The position numbers and the translations under genes were made by a program. DNA of 64,000 nt from Minutocellus sp. GHC0000111 (lineage: Eukaryota): positions 2,046,001 to 2,110,000 of the forward strand of contig OZ361256.1 of the NCBI GenBank assembly GCA_977018835.1, in the 5' to 3' direction. Below the pieces are notes generated by a model. It did no database searches. It saw nothing but the letters and a program-made list of their open reading frames with translations, and was not told the DNA's origin. Below, piece after piece: positions 1 to 10,774 of this stretch (position 1 is the first letter of the stretch; each line of letters opens with the position of its first letter).

Positions 1-177
1 GCTCATCGTTTGGGTACTATTTTGGACAGCGATCGAATCCTTGTTCTGGATGATGGACACGTTGCTGAGTTCGACACTCCCGCGGCGCTACTCGCCAAGA
101 AGGACGGAATCTTCAAGGCCATGGTCGAAAAGAGCAAGGCGTCGCATTCTGGCGGCAGCATTGAGGAGGAGACCTGA
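1..177 (+). CDS. 3' end of ABCC/MRP-type ABC transporter (copy 1, starts upstream of the window)
   Basis: Translates [27 protein letters not shown]...EEET* (NBD2 H-loop region); identical to 14121-14297. Confidence 0.9.
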   Translation, partial: AHRLGTILDSDRILVLDDGHVAEFDTPAALLAKKDGIFKAMVEKSKASHSGGSIEEET

Positions 178-370
178 GATATGAAACCTGTAGATCTACT
201 CACATTTGAAGTAAACACATAGGAAATTCCTACATGTAGCATGCTATATAGATCTACATGAGAGCATTTACATGTATGAATAGATTCCTTCGGTTCGATT
301 TTTCTGCTGCTGTTCTTGGCCCTTACTGGTGCGACTGCTGGCTGCAGGGCTGCTCTGGCGTTACTGCGTA

Positions 371-3300
371 CCTTTCGAGTTCAGAGGATTTGAAAGTGAC
401 GTGATGATGACGTATTAGAAACACGACCACACCAGACCAAAAATCCAAGCTCACTTTTTCTAACTCCGAGGAATAAATGACGGCCAAGATGGAAGTCGGG
501 GCAAGAACCAAGTTATGGTCACCAACTTCTACATATAGTCGAGAGATATTGTGCACCAGAACCAATAAATGTACATTATGTGATGATATTTTTCGACATT
601 TGCATTCCTCACCCCGGGAAAAAACACATTTTTGGAAGCACCAAATCAAAATGTAATGAATAGAAATGGACATGCTATGATAAGTTATAGCAAATCAATG
701 ACTCCATCGTCTTCATCATTTTCATCTATGTCGTCCTCAATGTCATCATCTTCGCCGGGAGCATCAATTGGCCAGAGTGGTTCACCATCCTCTTCAGCTT
801 CTTCCTCTCGGCAATTTTTGCGAGACCAGCCTTTCCCCGTCTGGTCTCCACAAGATTGTTACCGCCACGACTTCTCTTGATGTTGTTATATATCACTGGA
901 AGTTTTCCAAATACATTGAGAAAGGCCTCTTTTGATGCGACATTGGCCCATACTTTCATCACAGTCTTGTCAAGAGCATTCGCATCATTCTTCTGACCGC
1001 GATGCTCCTTTTCGACGGCCGACTGCAAAGACATCCAGATGCCGAGATCAAGAACATTTGTCTCGGGCGACCGAGGAACCTGCTGGATTATCTCAATCTT
1101 ATATTTGTTTTTGAGGTCCTCGGTGTACTTCTCAACTGCTTCATTGGACCCATGACCGCCGGCATTGTCCATCATAAGACATGTAACATCAGACTCCTGA
1201 ATATTTTGTGGATCCCACTTCACCCAATGATGTGCGTCTCGAATCGCCTTCCCGACCTCATTCATAGTCTCCAACATCCATTTGGAGTCGCAGCTACAGT
1301 CCTTGGTAACCTTATCGCCCCGTTGATGCCGCACCCCGAGCTCAAGGTCGTCGATCTCAACCTTCACCTTCTCTCCATTGCTGCTATCAGGAGTGTGTCG
1401 CTTGAGACTCGAGATCTTTTGATTGTAGCCAACAGCGGCATGCTTGCGACTTTTTGCCTGACCGTCGGATTTATAGTCCTCGTATTGAAGTTCCAATCGC
1501 TCTGTGTAACAAACTCAGAAAGGCCGTAGATTTCGGCAGTGTGGTCGCAAAGATGGCCGGCGGTCATGTCAGCATTCTCGTCGTAAATGTCGCGCCAATC
1601 TTTGTCATTTTTTAGCGCATCGTTGACCTTAGCATCTGGAGAGAAATTCTGATTACGCGTAAGCTTTTCCACCTTCTGCTCCCTGGCGACTCTCTTGATC
1701 ATGATGCGCCCATTGAAATCAACGTCTTTGGTTTCATCCTTCATTGGTCGGCCAACAACTCCAAGATACATAACTTTGACAGGGTGTCTTCTGGATCGAA
1801 TTTTCGGGCTTGCCTCGGAAGCATGGATAGACGCGAGGTTCGGACTGCTTAGTTCTTCGTCAGAAAGTGGCAACATCTTGATCTTTCGTCGCCGAGTAGC
1901 AGTGTAAAACCACTTTTCATCAAGATACGCTACAGGAATGTTGGGATCGGTCGTAATGTCCTCCCACTTTTCGATCCAATCAAGTCGCTTCCTACAACAT
2001 TCGGGGGTGAGCCTCGGCTTCTCGATCGACGACTTCTCCTTACCGCCTTGCTTTTTCCACCAGCGAAAAAGCTGAAGACGATGGAGACTAATTGTCAGCC
2101 TGTCTTCATCTGGAGTAGCTGATTTTGCGCTCATGCAGTCAGCTAGCTCCTTAAAGGTTGCCATCGCACCCTTCATCCGAGCAGCATGCCGACACAGCTC
2201 GCGGAGACATCCTGGCTCCTTCTCCTCGATCATGTCCGTGCATGCCTTCCTTCCACGAACCTCCTTTCTGCCGATGATGGGATTGCTGATGCCATCAGCA
2301 AGGCTTTTGTAGAGCTGGTGTCTCCACTTGTAAAGCTGAGAACCACCGGTTGACTTGGCATGACCGTGATCGTGTACGCAACTTGCCGACACGCGGCAGT
2401 TGCAATTTGTTGCCGGTCTTCATGCGTGCGAGTTGGGTCGCCGCATCCCCACCAATCCGCGAGAGCCACGGCGCTGAACCGCACTCTTTCATTCGCCTGC
2501 TTTTCTTTTCTGATTGGCATTGGTTCGGTGACGGTTGCATTGGGACGAGGAGGACGGAGCATGTCATCGTTGGCCATCCGAACAACAAAGTCGACAAAGC
2601 CGAGAGCGACCTTTTAACCTGTTCATCAATGTCACTGGAGGTGGCACAGACAACGGAAGTGTCGGCTCCTCCTAAACCTTCATCATTGGGGGAGGCTGCA
2701 GCTGCTTCAGTGGCGGAAGCATCACCAGTTCCCTTCAGCATGCTGAGGAGACTTGCTGGCATCCAAAACCCAGTTTCTTGGCCTCGTCGACTAGTGATTT
2801 TACTCTTGCTTCGCAATGCGCTGACTGCACCTCCTTTCTGTGAGCTGACAACCTCTCACCTAGCTTAGTAGCTAAGACAGTCGAGCGCCCAGAGAACAGA
2901 ACTTCATCGGGATTTCTTTTCTCGTGCACCTACCTTCTGTCCCTCCGGTCCAGAGAATTTCGGGTGGCTGTCCTCCTTCTTTTTACGCAACCTGTGAGCA
3001 CAAACAACATGAAGCGCCCTGCGTCTTGTCTTCCCTCTCGGCCGATGCGTCGACAAGTGCAACTTCAAACTGCAATGCTCCTTGAGATGTTGCTGCATGT
3101 CCTTCCATTTTTCCTCGTTGCACTGTAGCTCATGCTTTCCTCCACCGACGGACTTGGAACGCAACAAGTCGGCCTCGATGAAAGCAGGGAGGACGTCTTC
3201 CCATTTCTGCCGAGAACCAACACAAATGTCATCTTTGCCGCAGGAATCGGGGGTCACTCTCCACCACAGATCCTTCTTACCAGCCCTTCGAATGACATCT

Positions 3301-3745
3301 GCTGCAAGGAGAAAGGCCATGGGGACAGGAGGAGGGGCCGTCCTCTTCTTCGCCGACGACGGTGACGGTTTGGCGGGCGAATTTGACCGTGGCCGCTTCT
3401 TCGACGTGTTTGCGCTCGGCGATGGTGTTTTCGGCTCAGCTGCCGCCTTTGCCGCCTTCCTGGATGCCTTGGTGTTGCCTCTCTTGCTCCCTGAGAACGA
3501 AGTTCTGCTGCGTTTGCATTTTTTGGGCGTGGTCTGGTTGGTCGTCGTCATCGTCACAAAATTTGCGGGTTGCGGTGACCTACTGAATGAGCAGGTCCAG
3601 TAGATATCCACGAGTTGAGGAGTATTTGCGTTCCTCCCGAAGAGAATATCGACTAACAAAACACGGGAAATGAGAAGTGGGTGCAAGAATGACCTTTTTT
3701 AGGGGTTATTGGTATACCCTCTACAAATCCTCTGAAATCGAAGGG
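371..3745 (-). mobile_element. Tc1/mariner DNA transposon, DD39D (plant-mariner-like) type, both ends present
   Basis: TIRs 371-392 CCTTTCGAGTTCAGAGGATTTG and 3724-3745 (reverse complement CCCTTCGATTTCAGAGGATTTG), 20/22 identical; TA at 369-370 and 3746-3747; encloses a DDD transposase. Confidence 0.92.
685..3551 (-). pseudogene. DD39D transposase, about 950 aa when six frameshifts are repaired
   Basis: Motifs YLDEKWFY, KVMYLGVVGRP, MDNAGGHG, QVPRSPETNVLDLG; 39 residues between 2nd and 3rd Asp; ATG at 3551 (MTTTNQ); acidic tail ...DGVIDLL* ends at 685; frameshifts near 2930, 2765, 2612, 2374, 1505 and 808. Confidence 0.88.
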
Positions 3746-3776
3746 TACCTAGGTAGGCCTACGTAGCTAGAGTCTA
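3746..3776. repeat. TA-punctuated palindromic tract between the two TIR elements
   Basis: TA CC TA GG TA GGCC TA CG TA GC TA GAGTC TA. Confidence 0.9.
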
Positions 3777-5697
3777 CGTCCAGGACAGTGGTCCCGTCTC
3801 ACGTAGGTTCTACGTGCGAGGAACTCGTTGGAAATCGGGACCAAAATACTTATGCCCCCACTTGTTTTCGCCCTCTCGACCGAAAACCCGCTCATTTTTT
3901 TATCACGGCGAAAGCATGGGCTCAACCATGGTCACCGCCGCCGCAGATATCTCCACCACCACCAACGAGTAACTTACACTCTGCATTCGAAATGACCATT
4001 TGATACCTCTTCGGCACGTGCGCACCGAGAGTGCAAGTAACTCGCATGTATTTCTTGAGAAATAATGTCTCAAACACAACACATGTCACGAGTTTGTGCC
4101 GATTCGACGGCACCACCCCACCAGGAAGCGCCCATGAATGCATTGTCTACCACCCATTTGCTCGGAGTCTGCATTTGTATTGTCCATTCAGTATGTGTTG
4201 AGGCTGCATGCACCGAGACTCCGAGCAACGGGGGCTTTTATTCATTCGAATTTCCACCACGAAGATGCCCCAAAATCGACATTTTCGGCTTCGTCGTGGA
4301 GCTCCACACCGGACAAAGAACGTGACCCCATGAGCCCTGTAGCCCGTTTCTTCCGCCAGTATTCAACAGATGATCCCTCTTTGATATCAACAATGGTCGT
4401 CTTTATATCGGAGAGTCAAGAAATGTGTGCAATTCTGCTACTTTTGATTGTGGCATAATTGCGCTGGCGCTGGTGGTGGTTGGGGGAGGATAGCAGCATG
4501 AGCACCCATTGTGCTGCTTCCTTCCCTCAGATGATAGCCATACAGACCAACTAATATATATAGAGGGTGAAGTTAAGTGCCATAGCGCCTCAGTGGGGCT
4601 TTATCTCTTTATTTTATATGATCCATTCTCCTCCTTATTTCAGGTTCGATTTCGCTCCATTCCCAGTGATTCAGACATCTGCCGAATGGGCAAGAGGAAC
4701 GGCCCATCGTCCCCACCCACCATATTTGAGTGCTGTTATATCATATATGAGCGAGAATACCCGCTACTGCGGCCATTCAGCGCTCAGTGCCCCATATCAT
4801 AAGCATCTCTAAAGTGCAATGATTCCACCCCAAATCTTGAACCATTTCAAAATCACAAATGCTCAATGTTTTTCGACGATTGAGGCCCCGATGGTCACAG
4901 AAATGATGACGATATCCGCTGTGTAAATATACTAGCCTGTGGCTGGACTGGATGGCCGCCAGATGGGGTGGTTGTGTTCTCTGCAGGTAAAGTGAGGAGC
5001 AAAGGAGTAGTTGAGGAGAGTGCAAAAGATTTCCTTTTACTTGTCCATGTGTGTAAATTGAACGATACCTCTCACCGGAGACCCCAATCAGCGGCTGCCC
5101 AACCCATCTCATGTGTATCCATTGGCCGCCAAAGCCAAGCATCGGCCAGTTTCGATCGTACATGAGGCTTTAAGTCCCATGTTCTGGCTGCAGCCACCTC
5201 CGAATCATCGATTTTCAGCAAGAATTTGACCGAAAAGTTGGAAAACGAAGTTGTTTCCAGCATTCTCCACCTCAAATATCGCTATCAATCCATCCCACAA
5301 TATCATGAAGATGATATACCATCGTCTTGCAGCAAGCGGTGGTCTACTTCCTGCTCTTTTGAGTGCAAGCAAGCTCCAATTCCGCGCGGTAACGAGGGGC
5401 GGAACGACGTGTAAGTGAGCAGCAGCAATAAATTCATGCTCTGCGGCGTCAGCGACGGGCTTCGGCGGTCAAGACGCGCTCATAACATCCTAATGCAGGC
5501 ATGTGCTGTATATGGCTGCGTCTCATGGAGTGTATCGCGCAGCGTAGCTTGGTTTATTCATGTGTTCCATTGTTGACGGTTGATCATCTTGTCTGTGTTT
5601 TTTGCTAACACGCGCGATGCTCTCAACAGGGGGTTTTCCCCCGGGAAATGAGTTTTTTTGATCCCCTCCTGGTACAAGAAAAAAATTGACCTGGACG
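3777..5697. mobile_element. Putative non-autonomous TA-targeting TIR element (about 1.9 kb)
   Basis: Left end TA|CGTCCAGGACAGT; right end reverse complement TA|CGTCCAGGTCAAT (8 perfect bp, 11/13 overall); TA at 3775-3776 and 5698-5699; no intact long ORF inside. Confidence 0.65.
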
Positions 5698-5779
5698 TAC
5701 CTAGGTACCTAGGCCTAGGTACCTAGGTAGAGTCTAGCTACGTACCTAGGCCTAGGTAGCTAGCTAGGCCTAGAGAGTA
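5698..5779. repeat. Long TA-NN-TA palindromic tract (TACC/TAGG/TAGC/TACG units)
   Basis: 18 TA dinucleotides in 82 bp, separated by CC, GG, GC, CG, GGCC, GAGTC or GAGAG. Confidence 0.95.
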
Positions 5780-5891
5780 GAGAGGCGGGGCTGTGATAGG
5801 CTGTACTTGAAAAAGAAAGAGGAAGGAGAGGAAGATTTACGGAGCGAATGCAAACGCATGCGCCAACTAACTGCCAAACAACGACCCCACC

Positions 5892-6569
5892 ATGAGGAGA
5901 CCGTACCTTCGCCTCCTCGTGCTGTCTTTCTCGGCGCCGGCCGCACTATCCTACAGCGCGACGAAGAATCGGAGGGCCTTCCTCACGTCAGCGGCCGCCG
6001 CTCCGGCAGCAGCTCTGTTGACTCCACTTCCAGGCCTTGCCTTTGAGAACCGCCTGGATGACAAGTACGCCGATGCAACACCTCAGGTTGGAACGCAGCC
6101 GACAGATCTTGGTGTCTCATCTCGTCCCTCCAAAAGTGCCGGCTCGTACACTGGGCTGGCACCATGCCCCAAATCGCCCAACTGCTGGTGTAGCTCTCCC
6201 CCCTCTGCGGATAATCTAGCACGATATCTGCCAGCATGGAAAGGCGGGTCAATTGCAGATGTGAAGAAGGTCATTGATACCTACGAAGTAGGGCAAAACG
6301 GCATTGATGGTGGTGGCTACAAGATCATCGAATATGATGAGAAAAAGCAGTACATTTATGTGCAGTTTCAAAGTTATAAAGCCGGGTATGTTGATGATTG
6401 GGAACTTGCATTTAATCCAGAGAAGAAACTGTTTGATGTTCGATCGGCCAGTAGGCTCGGCATGTCGGATCTGGGCGTCAATGCAAAGAGGCTGGACTAC
6501 ATCGGCACTCGATTGGAAAAGGAGTACGGGTGGGTGCTTGAGAGGAGAAAGAATGGCTCTCTCGTGTAG
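5892..6569 (+). CDS. DUF1499-family protein, probably plastid/thylakoid-lumen targeted
   Basis: LAPCPKSPNCWCS and DVRSASRLGMSDLGVNAKRL family motifs; signal peptide followed by a twin-arginine RRAFL plus hydrophobic stretch. Confidence 0.85.
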   Translation: MRRPYLRLLVLSFSAPAALSYSATKNRRAFLTSAAAAPAAALLTPLPGLAFENRLDDKYADATPQVGTQPTDLGVSSRPSKSAGSYTGLAPCPKSPNCWCSSPPSADNLARYLPAWKGGSIADVKKVIDTYEVGQNGIDGGGYKIIEYDEKKQYIYVQFQSYKAGYVDDWELAFNPEKKLFDVRSASRLGMSDLGVNAKRLDYIGTRLEKEYGWVLERRKNGSLV

Positions 6570-6754
6570 TATGGCCGTAGACGAAAATTGAACTCTCATA
6601 GAAAAAATCTTTCTCGGACGCCAGAGTAGAGTGCATGTATCTTGCGGACAATTTGGTACAACATCGGTAATCTTCTCAAAACGTCGCCAATATGCGCTCT
6701 ATCTCGTGAATTAAATTCACCATCTTGCGTTGTGCTAGCTCTTCTAGCTAGATG

Positions 6755-7315
6755 CTAGAATCCCATTGTAGAATCATTGACGGAGGTGCCGTACGAGTCG
6801 TCCAATGTGGTGTCCAATTCCCTGTCTATTGTGGTATCGAATCCCCTTTGGTTTTTCTTACCTCTTGGCGAAAGCATCTCCTTGCTATTGCCAATCTGCT
6901 CATCTTCCTCCTGGTACAGTTCCAAATCATCATCAACTTCCACATCATCGATCATCTGGGAGAGCACAATGCGTCGGTCTCCCCTTGAGAGCATTCTGCA
7001 TGCCCGATGCAGTTGTACGACCCAACGAACCAAGAACACAAATCCCAAAAGACACGCCAGCCATCGAAAGAACCATCGATTCTCATCATTTCTGAGACCG
7101 ATCGCCTCCGACGAACCCCAGATGGCACCGCCGGCTCCCAACACTTCCAGAACAAATTTTACTGAAAAGTGCCGAGCTGTTTGGAGTAGAGTTTGGCAAT
7201 TGTATCTTGCGATGCCAACCATTTCTTCGCAAAATACGGGCGGATCAATATTCGCAAGACTGGTGAGGAGCAAAACAATGGGAAGATTAATCAGTTGTAT
7301 CTTGTCCGAGGCCAC
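6755..7315 (-). CDS. Hypothetical membrane protein (start uncertain)
   Basis: 186-aa ORF with hydrophobic segments (FVLEVLGAGGAIWG; WLACLLGFVFLVRW) and an acidic tail. Confidence 0.5.
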   Translation of the reverse strand: MASDKIQLINLPIVLLLTSLANIDPPVFCEEMVGIARYNCQTLLQTARHFSVKFVLEVLGAGGAIWGSSEAIGLRNDENRWFFRWLACLLGFVFLVRWVVQLHRACRMLSRGDRRIVLSQMIDDVEVDDDLELYQEEDEQIGNSKEMLSPRGKKNQRGFDTTIDRELDTTLDDSYGTSVNDSTMGF

Positions 7316-7465
7316 ATGCTCTCAGTCCACTTCCAGAACACAAAATGAAACGGTGAAAATCGCGGCTCTTTGGAGCATCTTGCTCGCATACCATGGTAGG
7401 CCTAGCATCTTCGGCGGACAGACCAAAAACTCCTTCATTTGGCCAGGTTGACTCAAAGGTCAACC

Positions 7466-9732
7466 ATGAGGCCCGCCGCCGCCTTCCTTCTGTTGCCGCT
7501 GCTCGTGGTGGCATCCCATGCCTTTGCCACTCCTCATACTGCACAACAAGTGAGGCGTGTTGTAAACCATGGCGCTACGAAATCTAGCGCTTTGTCACAA
7601 GAACAGCACAATAGACGCCAAAGAACACATGTCTTCTCCTCTGCCGTCGCTGAGTCAGCGCCGCCTTCAATAACTGCGAACAACGAAAAGGACGAAAGAG
7701 AATCCGATGATGGCTCTCTGGAGGAGCGGGTATCCTTTTCGCACATACATCTCTACGTAGACTCGGTAGAAGATGTGGGTGTATACAAGAAAATGGAGGC
7801 TGATCTCAACCAGTTGTCGTCCAGAATCTCTGAGGTGGGAGAGGACGCCAACGATAATACTGGCGTTGATGGACAACCATCTGGTCTGGACATTGAAAAG
7901 TGTCGAATGTTGTACGATGACATTACTGGCAGATCACCATCGGAGAATCTTGATGAAGATTTTGTTCCGCAGGGACGAGATGTTGTAAAGCAGCTGATGG
8001 CCGGGCTGGGATTTCGCGTGACAGGGAAACGAATGGCGAATAGCAATACGAGGTCGGTGCTTGTAACGACAAAGGATCCAAATGGAGTACAGATTGTTGT
8101 TACAGCACTCGGGGGTGATTCTGAGAGAGACCAATATTCGCACTTTGATGCTTCCAATGTCCAAATGTTCTTTGATTCGCATTCGAGTCGCCAGGGCATT
8201 GCTGTGCTGGCGTTTGAAGTGACATCGGGATCGATCGATACTATTTACAACCGCTACATGGAAATGCATCCCAAACTCGTGACGCCTAAGGCCATCCAAG
8301 CGTATGAGGACGGCACAAAAGTTCTCGAGGTGTATGCATATTATCAAGGAGATGTCCGCGAGTCTGACGCAGATTGTGGCACCGTTCTTCGGTTTGTTCA
8401 AAAGGGCAATGCTGATGCAGATAGCATGTCATGCATATTGCCGGGGCTTGAACCAGTCGATGCAGTGTTTGATCCGTCTTCTCAGGCGGCCTACTGTGAT
8501 CATTGGGTCAGCAATGTTGTCAGTCGCACTGGCTTTATCGATACTCTGGAGGATGTGCTTTCATTCACCCCAAAAGTCGACTTCAACGCCGGTGTCGTCG
8601 CGGCAGGCGAGGCGCAAATTGAATCCACCGTCACTGGCAACGACTCTCCCCTCAGCACTACAGAGGTGGAGCGGGCACTGCGAGATCAGAGCCAGGTTTA
8701 TCTCCCGATCAACAACGCACTGTCAGAAGTAGGTCATGTCCATGGTTTCATCCAAGAGATCGGCCAGGGAATTCAGCACGTAGCGAGCAGAGTCAATGAC
8801 TTGCCATCTTTTGTCCAGCGAGGCAATGACTACCGAAAGGTTACTGGCGAGGGACTTACATTTCTCAACATTCCTCGAAGCTACTATGGAGTGTTGATGG
8901 AATCTCAATTTGATAAAGTTTTGAGCTCGTCTGCTGCTCGTGCCGTGATGGATGTTTGCGATTCGACTCAAATAACTTCAGCCGAGGGCGCCGTTGATCT
9001 CGAATTGACAAGAGATGATATTTCCCGCTTACTCGACAGCAATATGCCAGAAGAGTACCAAGAAGAGTACAGAAGCAAGAAAGATGAAATTGTGGGCATT
9101 ATATTGCGTTCTCGCTACACCAACCTCTACAGCCTGCTGCGTGATCATTTGACAGAAGAGGAGTATTTGAAGATTGTTCGCAACAAAATTCTGGTAGACG
9201 TGCAGGGAGATGATTTACTCTTACAAACCTTTCCTCCAACATACTGCAAAGGAAAGTTGGAGACGAAGCGCCCTTCTTCGAGTACATACAGCGGGTCTGT
9301 TCAGAATGCTTAGATGAGTACGGATGCCCCGCGACTTTGAAGCCTGGTTGTGGTGGCTTTGGTATACGCAACTTCCTCACTTTGTTCTTATCAATTGAAG
9401 TCAGCAAAGCGATGGTGGAAGTGTCCCAGGCCAAGGCATCTCGCGATGATGAGCGACAAGCCTTTGCGCAGACCATGGTGGATGTATTTACAGCTCAGTT
9501 GAATGAATCCAATCCGATACTTACTGAGATCTCAGACGCTATGACTCTCGAAGGTAATCTCAAGACCCAACTCGACAGAGCGCTGTCCAACAGTGATGCT
9601 GACGAAGTTGAAAATTTGCGTTTGAAGCTTGATGAGGCTGGCAAAGCGAAAGCCGCCGGAAACAAGAAGCTAATGGAATGCTCCACGAAATACAAGATGC
9701 AAATGAGAGCGCTAAGAGAGAGTCGGGGGTAG
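7466..9732 (+). CDS. HPPD: 4-hydroxyphenylpyruvate dioxygenase-like, plastid presequence; 1-nt frameshift near 9232
   Basis: FSHIHLYV, DHWVSNV, LPINN, GQGIQHVA, ILVD, PFFEYIQR, GCGGFG (His/His/Glu iron ligands present); ORFs 7439-9313 and 9337-9732 join if one base is added; signal peptide ending SHA-FA. Confidence 0.88.
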
Positions 9733-9902
9733 AGAGTAACCCTGTGGTGATAATGAATGATGAAGAGACAACCTACTAGTACCATCACTTGCTAGTACTA
9801 CGTAGCTACGCAGTCTGTTCTGCAGCAGCAGCAATTCCTCGCCTATACTATTGTTACAAAAGGGTCTATGTCTAGGTACCGCAGTCTGTTCTGTTCTTTA
9901 GC

Positions 9903-10555
9903 TTACTCGTCGTTTCTTTCTTCCAACTCGGGATCGATTTCTTCTGCCCCGAGTTCTCTCAGTCTGACTGTCACTGGGTGATCTGGACCATGGGTCGCCT
10001 GTGCTAACCAAAGAGGTGAAAATCCCCTACCCCCTTGTGTCCTTACATTGATATCCACACCTTGATCAATAAAAAATTCGACAATATCCAGATCGCCAAG
10101 CCGAATTCCCTCGTGAAGCGGCGACGAACCATTCCTATCCTGCGAATGAAGTTTTTGCGCACCTTCATCAGTCCGAGCTAGCACTCGCAGGGCCTGTAGG
10201 CTGCCCGTCTTGGCTGCAATATGTGCATCATTAGCGCCGTCATTCTGCGGGTATATTTCCCTTTCTTCTTCTGCTGTCGGCGATGGCGGTGGTGGAGGCA
10301 AACCGACGTCTTCGTCGCTGTCATCCGCAATGTAGTCGTCGACGATGACATAATCTGCCGCCCCTCCCGCCGGTCCACTGAGCAGATCCACCAAAAAGCG
10401 AGGCGTGGTAAGAATCCTTCTATTGAGGACAGTGGGGACGACCTCCACAAGATAATAGTACAAATGACCAACCACAATCCCATGGATCAACTCGTTCAAT
10501 CGATTGCCCAGCGCCAAACTAAACCCAATATAGGCGCATTATGGGTCAATGTCAT
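9903..10555 (-). CDS. Ankyrin-repeat protein (5' end uncertain; probable frameshift near 10522)
   Basis: AHIAAKTG, DRNGSSPLHEGIRLGDLDIVEFFIDQGVDIN, FSPLWLA ankyrin consensus. Confidence 0.75.
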
Positions 10556-10774
10556 TGAATCACCATTGAGTAGAACTTTCTACGTAGCTTCACTGCATCT
10601 CTTCGCGGCCGGGAAAGCACTGGACGGCTGGCAGGATGGCCAGAAGAAATGATTTTATTATCAAGAGACCTCGAGCACCACCTACACTTACTTGTACGAT
10701 AAAAGAGCAAACACCTATTGCATTTGCGAGCTCTTTGAAACATTAAATAAGAAAAAGTAATAATGCGTGCGATT

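Larger units (their letters stand above)
1..3578. repeat. Segmental duplication copy A (matches 14121-17698, offset 14120)
   Basis: Line-by-line identity; only two substitutions spotted by eye (1539 G vs 15659 A; 3550 A vs 17670 G); similarity ends after TGCGGTGA at 3578/17698. Confidence 0.97.

Noticed and set aside
685..3551. Programmed frameshifting of the transposase
   Set aside because: Six heterogeneous shifts with no consistent slippery motif; decay or consensus error is simpler.
371..5697. Fanzor/TnpB cargo in the TIR elements
   Set aside because: No RuvC or zinc-finger motifs recognised; the transposase fills element 1 and element 2 has no intact ORF.
5698..5779. CRISPR-like or satellite array
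   Set aside because: Units are 4-7 bp with no repeat-spacer structure, no cas genes are present, and the context is eukaryotic.
9809..9893. 14-bp direct repeat CGCAGTCTGTTCTG as a target-site duplication
   Set aside because: The intervening ~57 bp has no TIRs or other element features; probably a small local duplication.
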